This document shows, piece by piece, positions 60,409 to 64,000 of a stretch of 64,000 nt of DNA. The notes beneath the pieces were generated by a model. The model was not told where the DNA came from and did not search any database. It saw only the letters and a list, made by a program, of their open reading frames with translations. Both the position numbers and the translations under genes were made by a program. Positions within the stretch are counted from its first letter, which is position 1; every line of letters starts with the position of its first letter. This stretch comes from an uncultured Methylomirabilota bacterium (GTDB taxonomy: Bacteria > Methylomirabilota > Methylomirabilia > Methylomirabilales > 2-02-FULL-66-22), in contig CAWJSJ010000005.1 of assembly GCA_963845565.1 (NCBI GenBank), positions 416,001 to 480,000 of the forward strand. Direction: 5' to 3'.

Positions 60409-61038
60409 TCAGGTGCCGGGACAAACGAAGGCCATCTGCCAGAAAGCCCGTTCCAGTCTGAGGACCTCGAGAAACTCGGCCTCGGCCTGCGCCTGATCCG
60501 CTTCGGGTGCGGCGTCAAGCGCCTCGTCGGCCTGGCGACGAAGGTGTCCGACGTACGCGCCAAACTCGGCACTCCCCCAGCGTCGGGCAAACTCATCGTA
60601 GGGGGGGACCATCGGGGAGGCGTCTTGCCACGCGTGGTTGTACACCGCCTCGATGGCCCAAAAGGCCGTGGCCTGGACGGGATATGGCGCATGAGCGAGC
60701 CGGTCCATGAATTGACAATACTGGACGCAGGCCGTCTGCTGCGGGACGGTGAGTTGGAGACCCCGTTCGCCGGCGTGCGCGCGGAACCATGATAGTTCGT
60801 CCCGGAGGGCGGTGAGGCCGCCAAGGAGGACATCGAAGTGCTCGACCGGGGCGGTGGTCAGAACGCGGGCGGCGAAGCGGGTGAACTCGACGACAAAGAG
60901 ATAGTCCTGGACAAGCCAGGTCGCGAACTGGCCGTACTCGATCGTTCCCGTTCGGCATCCCTCGAGGAAGGGGTGGCGCGTCGCCTCGTCCCACGCCTTG
61001 GCATGTCGCGCGACGAATTGATCGCACGTAAGGCCCAT
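60409..61038 (-). CDS. TenA family protein (TenA_E-like)
   Basis: HPFL, WLVQDYLF, AIEAVY (Glu rather than Cys), RW, LE..FW.MA; SD GGAGG before ATG 61038. Confidence 0.88.
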   Translation of the reverse strand: MGLTCDQFVARHAKAWDEATRHPFLEGCRTGTIEYGQFATWLVQDYLFVVEFTRFAARVLTTAPVEHFDVLLGGLTALRDELSWFRAHAGERGLQLTVPQQTACVQYCQFMDRLAHAPYPVQATAFWAIEAVYNHAWQDASPMVPPYDEFARRWGSAEFGAYVGHLRRQADEALDAAPEADQAQAEAEFLEVLRLERAFWQMAFVCPGT

Positions 61039-61063
61039 GGCGTCATCCTCCGTGCTTCTTTCT

Positions 61064-61217
61064 GGCAGGCCGTTGAAATGCTCGTTTCCCCCAGGCTGCT
61101 CAAAAAGGCTCAGATGCAAGGCGGAGCACGGAGCGCCGAGTGAGGCGTACTGGGATGTACGCCGCAACGAGCGCGCGAGTGGTCCAACGCCGCAGATGGA
61201 CCTTTTTCAGCAGCCAG
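61064..61217. repeat. Palindromic element, family A, copy 4 (opposite orientation)
   Basis: CAGGCTGCTCAAAAAGG...GGCGTACtgggatGTACGCC...CAGATGGACCTTTTTCAGCAGCC. Confidence 0.85.
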
Positions 61218-62898
61218 GACTTGGCGGGGACCAGGGCTCCGGTGCCGGGCAATTCACATCGGTGATGACCTCGACCACTGCAGGGAGGTTTGCTGCCATC
61301 GCCTGCCTGATGGCCGGGGCGATTTCGTCGGGTTGCGTCACCTGAAGACCCACGCAACCCATCTCACGGGCCAGAGCGGCAAAGCTCACGTTCCCGAAAT
61401 CGAATAGATCGCCGGGATTGCCCGGACGATTCGCATACAACTTCCGGATCGTGACGGCACACTGGCCAAGAGCGCGGTTGTTGTTGACCACGGTTACCGT
61501 ATGGATGCCGCAACGTCGCGCGGTCTCCAGTTCGCTCAGATGATACCACATGCCTCCGTCGCCGGTGAAACAGACGACGGGCCGATCCGGGGTGGCGCAC
61601 TTTGCTCCCAGCGCGGCAGGGAACGCCCAGCCGAGCGAGCCCGCGCAGCGGATGTAGTCTTGCCCGGGGGCCGTCAGATGCACCTGGGTTCCGGTCCAGA
61701 TCCCGGCGAAGCCGGTGTCTCCCACCAGAATGCCGTTGGGCGGCAGGCAGTCGGTCACCTCTTTGCACAGCCGCTCGGGGCGGATGGGGACAGCCCCCGA
61801 GGCGCGGTGCGGCGCCAGCTCCTCCCGCCATCGGCGCACCAGTTCCTGGGCGCGGACGGCCCAGGCCGATTTCGGCTGGACGTCCGACCCCACGGCCTCC
61901 AGGAGCATCTTCAGGGTCACCTTGGCATCCCCAGGCACTCCCAGGGTGTGGGGGTAGTTCCGCCCAAGTTCGACTGGGTTGATATCGATCTGGACGATCC
62001 GAGTTCCCGGGCGGGGAATCTTCCATCCAAGGGTTACCATCTCCCCGGTAGCCGATCCGACGAAAATGGCTAGGTCGGCCTCGGCAACCGCCTGGTTGGC
62101 GCACCAGCGCGAGTAGCGGCCGACCACGCCGACGTTCAACGGGTGATCGTCCAAGAGGGCGGATTTGCCATTCAGGGAAGTTGCGACGGGGATGGAGAGC
62201 CGCTCGGCCAGGGCTCGAAGCTCGGCGCCGGCCCGGGACGCCGTGACACCGCCGCCGGCGACGATGACGGGCCGCTCCGCAGCCGCCAACAGGCGTGCCG
62301 CCTCGGCGACCTGGGTGGCGTCGGGCGGCGTCCGGTAGGGGGGGATGCGCGCGAACGGTTCCTCGACCAGGACCTCCAGATCCATCTCCGCTTCCTCGAT
62401 CGCCTGGCCCTGATACCCCAGGAGGTCAAGGTGGACGGGGCCGGGAGTCGCGGAAGTTGCTTCACGGAAGGCCTGGCGGAGGAGGTGAGGTAGCTGAGCG
62501 AGCGTATCCACGTTAGCGTTGTACTTCGTGACCGCATCGAACATCGGGCCGTGGAGGATCTCCTGGTACGCGTGCCGGTACTGCGCCATGGGGATCTGCC
62601 GCCCGGTGATGGCGATGACCGGGGAGCGACCGAGGAACGGATCCTGGAGGCCCGAGGCCAGATTTGCGGCTCCCACGGACTGGGCCATGCACACGCCGGG
62701 TCGGCGGGCGATCCGGGCGTATCCATCGGCCATGTACGCGGCGGCCTTCTCGGAATGGGTGAGGACCCTGCGAATACCGAGGCTCTCCATCTCCATCAGG
62801 GTGCGCCGCAGGATCGCCTCGACGAAGAAGACGTGGGTGACGCCGTACCCTTTGAGCGATTCAGCAATGAACCTCGCACCGATCATTCGATGTGGCAT
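61207..62898 (-). CDS. Thiamine-diphosphate-dependent enzyme (acetolactate synthase-like)
   Basis: HSE.AA.YMADGYAR, GPVHL, GSLGW..PAALGA, GDGG...NN. Confidence 0.92.
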   Translation of the reverse strand: MPHRMIGARFIAESLKGYGVTHVFFVEAILRRTLMEMESLGIRRVLTHSEKAAAYMADGYARIARRPGVCMAQSVGAANLASGLQDPFLGRSPVIAITGRQIPMAQYRHAYQEILHGPMFDAVTKYNANVDTLAQLPHLLRQAFREATSATPGPVHLDLLGYQGQAIEEAEMDLEVLVEEPFARIPPYRTPPDATQVAEAARLLAAAERPVIVAGGGVTASRAGAELRALAERLSIPVATSLNGKSALLDDHPLNVGVVGRYSRWCANQAVAEADLAIFVGSATGEMVTLGWKIPRPGTRIVQIDINPVELGRNYPHTLGVPGDAKVTLKMLLEAVGSDVQPKSAWAVRAQELVRRWREELAPHRASGAVPIRPERLCKEVTDCLPPNGILVGDTGFAGIWTGTQVHLTAPGQDYIRCAGSLGWAFPAALGAKCATPDRPVVCFTGDGGMWYHLSELETARRCGIHTVTVVNNNRALGQCAVTIRKLYANRPGNPGDLFDFGNVSFAALAREMGCVGLQVTQPDEIAPAIRQAMAANLPAVVEVITDVNCPAPEPWSPPSPGC

Positions 62899-62913
62899 GT
62901 GATCCTCCCAGGA

Positions 62914-64000
62914 CTACGCGGGCGACGCGTCGCCCGCATTTCTCCGGCGCAGGGCCGAGATGATGGGTGGGGCCAGGACGATCAAGAGTCCGGCGATAAG
63001 AAGGGCCGCGCAGATCGGCCGCGTCACGAACACCCCCAAGTTACCCCGACTGATCATCATGCTTTCACGGAAACTCCGCTCCATCATCGGACCGAGAACC
63101 AGGGCCAGGACCAATGGCGCCGAGTCGTACTTCAGCTTCCGCAGGACATAACCCAGGACGCCGAAGCCGATCATGAGCCAGACGTCCAACAGGGCGTTGT
63201 TGATGGAGTAGACACCCACCAGGCAGAGGAGGAGTACGAAAGGCATCAGGATGTAGAGTGGGGTCTTGATGATGTTGGCAAAGACGCCGACCAGGGGCAG
63301 ATTGAATACCAGCAACATGAAGTTCCCGATATACATGCTGGCAATCACGCCCCAGAAGAGGTCGGGCCTGTCGCTGATGAGGGTCGGACCCGGACTGATC
63401 CCGTGGATGAGTAGGACCGCCATGATGACCGCCATGGCTGGAGTGAAGGGAATACCCAGCGCCATGAGAGGCACGAACGCGCCGCCCACGGCGGCGTTGT
63501 TGGCGGCCTCGGGGCCGGCCACGCCAGCGATGGCGCCCTTGCCGAACTCCCCGGTCTTGTCCAGCCGGCGTTCGGCCGAGTAGGAGACCATGGTGGCGAT
63601 GACGGGAGAGGGGCCGGGGATGAGGCCCGTGAAGAAGCCGATGAACGAGCCGCGAATCATCGGCCAGAAAGACCGCCGCCATTCCTCCAGCGTGGGCCAC
63701 AACTCCCAGAACCGGACCTGCTGCAACGAGACGTTTTCCTCGGGCTGCTCCGCGGTCATCAGGACCTCGGAGATGCCGAAGAGCCCCATGGCGACAGGCA
63801 GGAAATCGATCCCCTGCGCCAGCATCGGCTGCTTGAAGGTGTATCGCATGTACCCGGCCACCGTCTCCATCCCGACCGTCCCCAGGGCCAGGCCGATTCC
63901 CATCATCATCAAGGCTTTGAGCAGGTTCCCCCCGGTGAGCCGCGACATGATCATGAGACCCACCAACGCCACGGTGAAGTATTCCGGGGGACCGAACCTC
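62914..64000 (-). CDS. tctA: TTT large membrane subunit; 5' part lies outside the window
   Basis: FGPPEYF at the window edge, PEAANN, LGIP, LGPMME. Confidence 0.9.
   Translation of the reverse strand, partial: RFGPPEYFTVALVGLMIMSRLTGGNLLKALMMMGIGLALGTVGMETVAGYMRYTFKQPMLAQGIDFLPVAMGLFGISEVLMTAEQPEENVSLQQVRFWELWPTLEEWRRSFWPMIRGSFIGFFTGLIPGPSPVIATMVSYSAERRLDKTGEFGKGAIAGVAGPEAANNAAVGGAFVPLMALGIPFTPAMAVIMAVLLIHGISPGPTLISDRPDLFWGVIASMYIGNFMLLVFNLPLVGVFANIIKTPLYILMPFVLLLCLVGVYSINNALLDVWLMIGFGVLGYVLRKLKYDSAPLVLALVLGPMMERSFRESMMISRGNLGVFVTRPICAALLIAGLLIVLAPPIISALRRRNAGDASPA

Noticed and set aside
12315..61217. Repeat families as CRISPR arrays
   Set aside because: Copies are dispersed rather than tandem with spacers, and there are no cas genes
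1..64000. Many long antisense or alternate-frame ORFs (for example 1788-3512, 31583-33376, 34249-36183, 39795-41756)
   Set aside because: Shadow ORFs typical of high-GC coding DNA, with no motifs and fully overlapping confident genes

Overview
GC-rich (visually ~65-70%) bacterial chromosome segment from a diderm, transporter-rich organism. Gene content and repeat families would fit Methylomirabilota/NC10 or a delta-proteobacteria-like lineage (inference only). About 50 genes. In order: a hopanoid operon (CruF-like, hpnH, shc, hpnG, lipoprotein); an aldehyde:ferredoxin oxidoreductase; a stand-alone pal divergent from an ECF sigma factor, an anti-sigma factor ending in a CpoB-like TPR domain and a DUF4139 gene; a DEAD-box helicase; nucleotide/sugar salvage genes; a heavily frameshifted sugar ABC locus; a ClC channel; TctCBA; tamB with a 7-POTRA Omp85 and a SurA-like gene; tkt-rpiA; a TRAP transporter; nadX; a 16-heme ImcH-like/c7 fusion cytochrome; a TAXI-TRAP operon; TenA; a ThDP enzyme; and a partial tctA. 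I found no rRNA, tRNA, CRISPR array, transposase or prophage. Three families of short palindromic repeats (MITE/REP-like) sit at gene junctions. Best candidates for undescribed biology: (1) the ECF/anti-sigma-CpoB/pal/DUF4139 envelope-sensing module, supported by two near-identical ECF promoters visible in the sequence; (2) the ImcH-heme wire-c7 fusion; (3) structured 5' leaders before the TAXI-TRAP operon and nadX; (4) a CruF-family hydratase translationally coupled to hpnH. All product calls come from motif recognition by eye; no database searches or folding programs were run.
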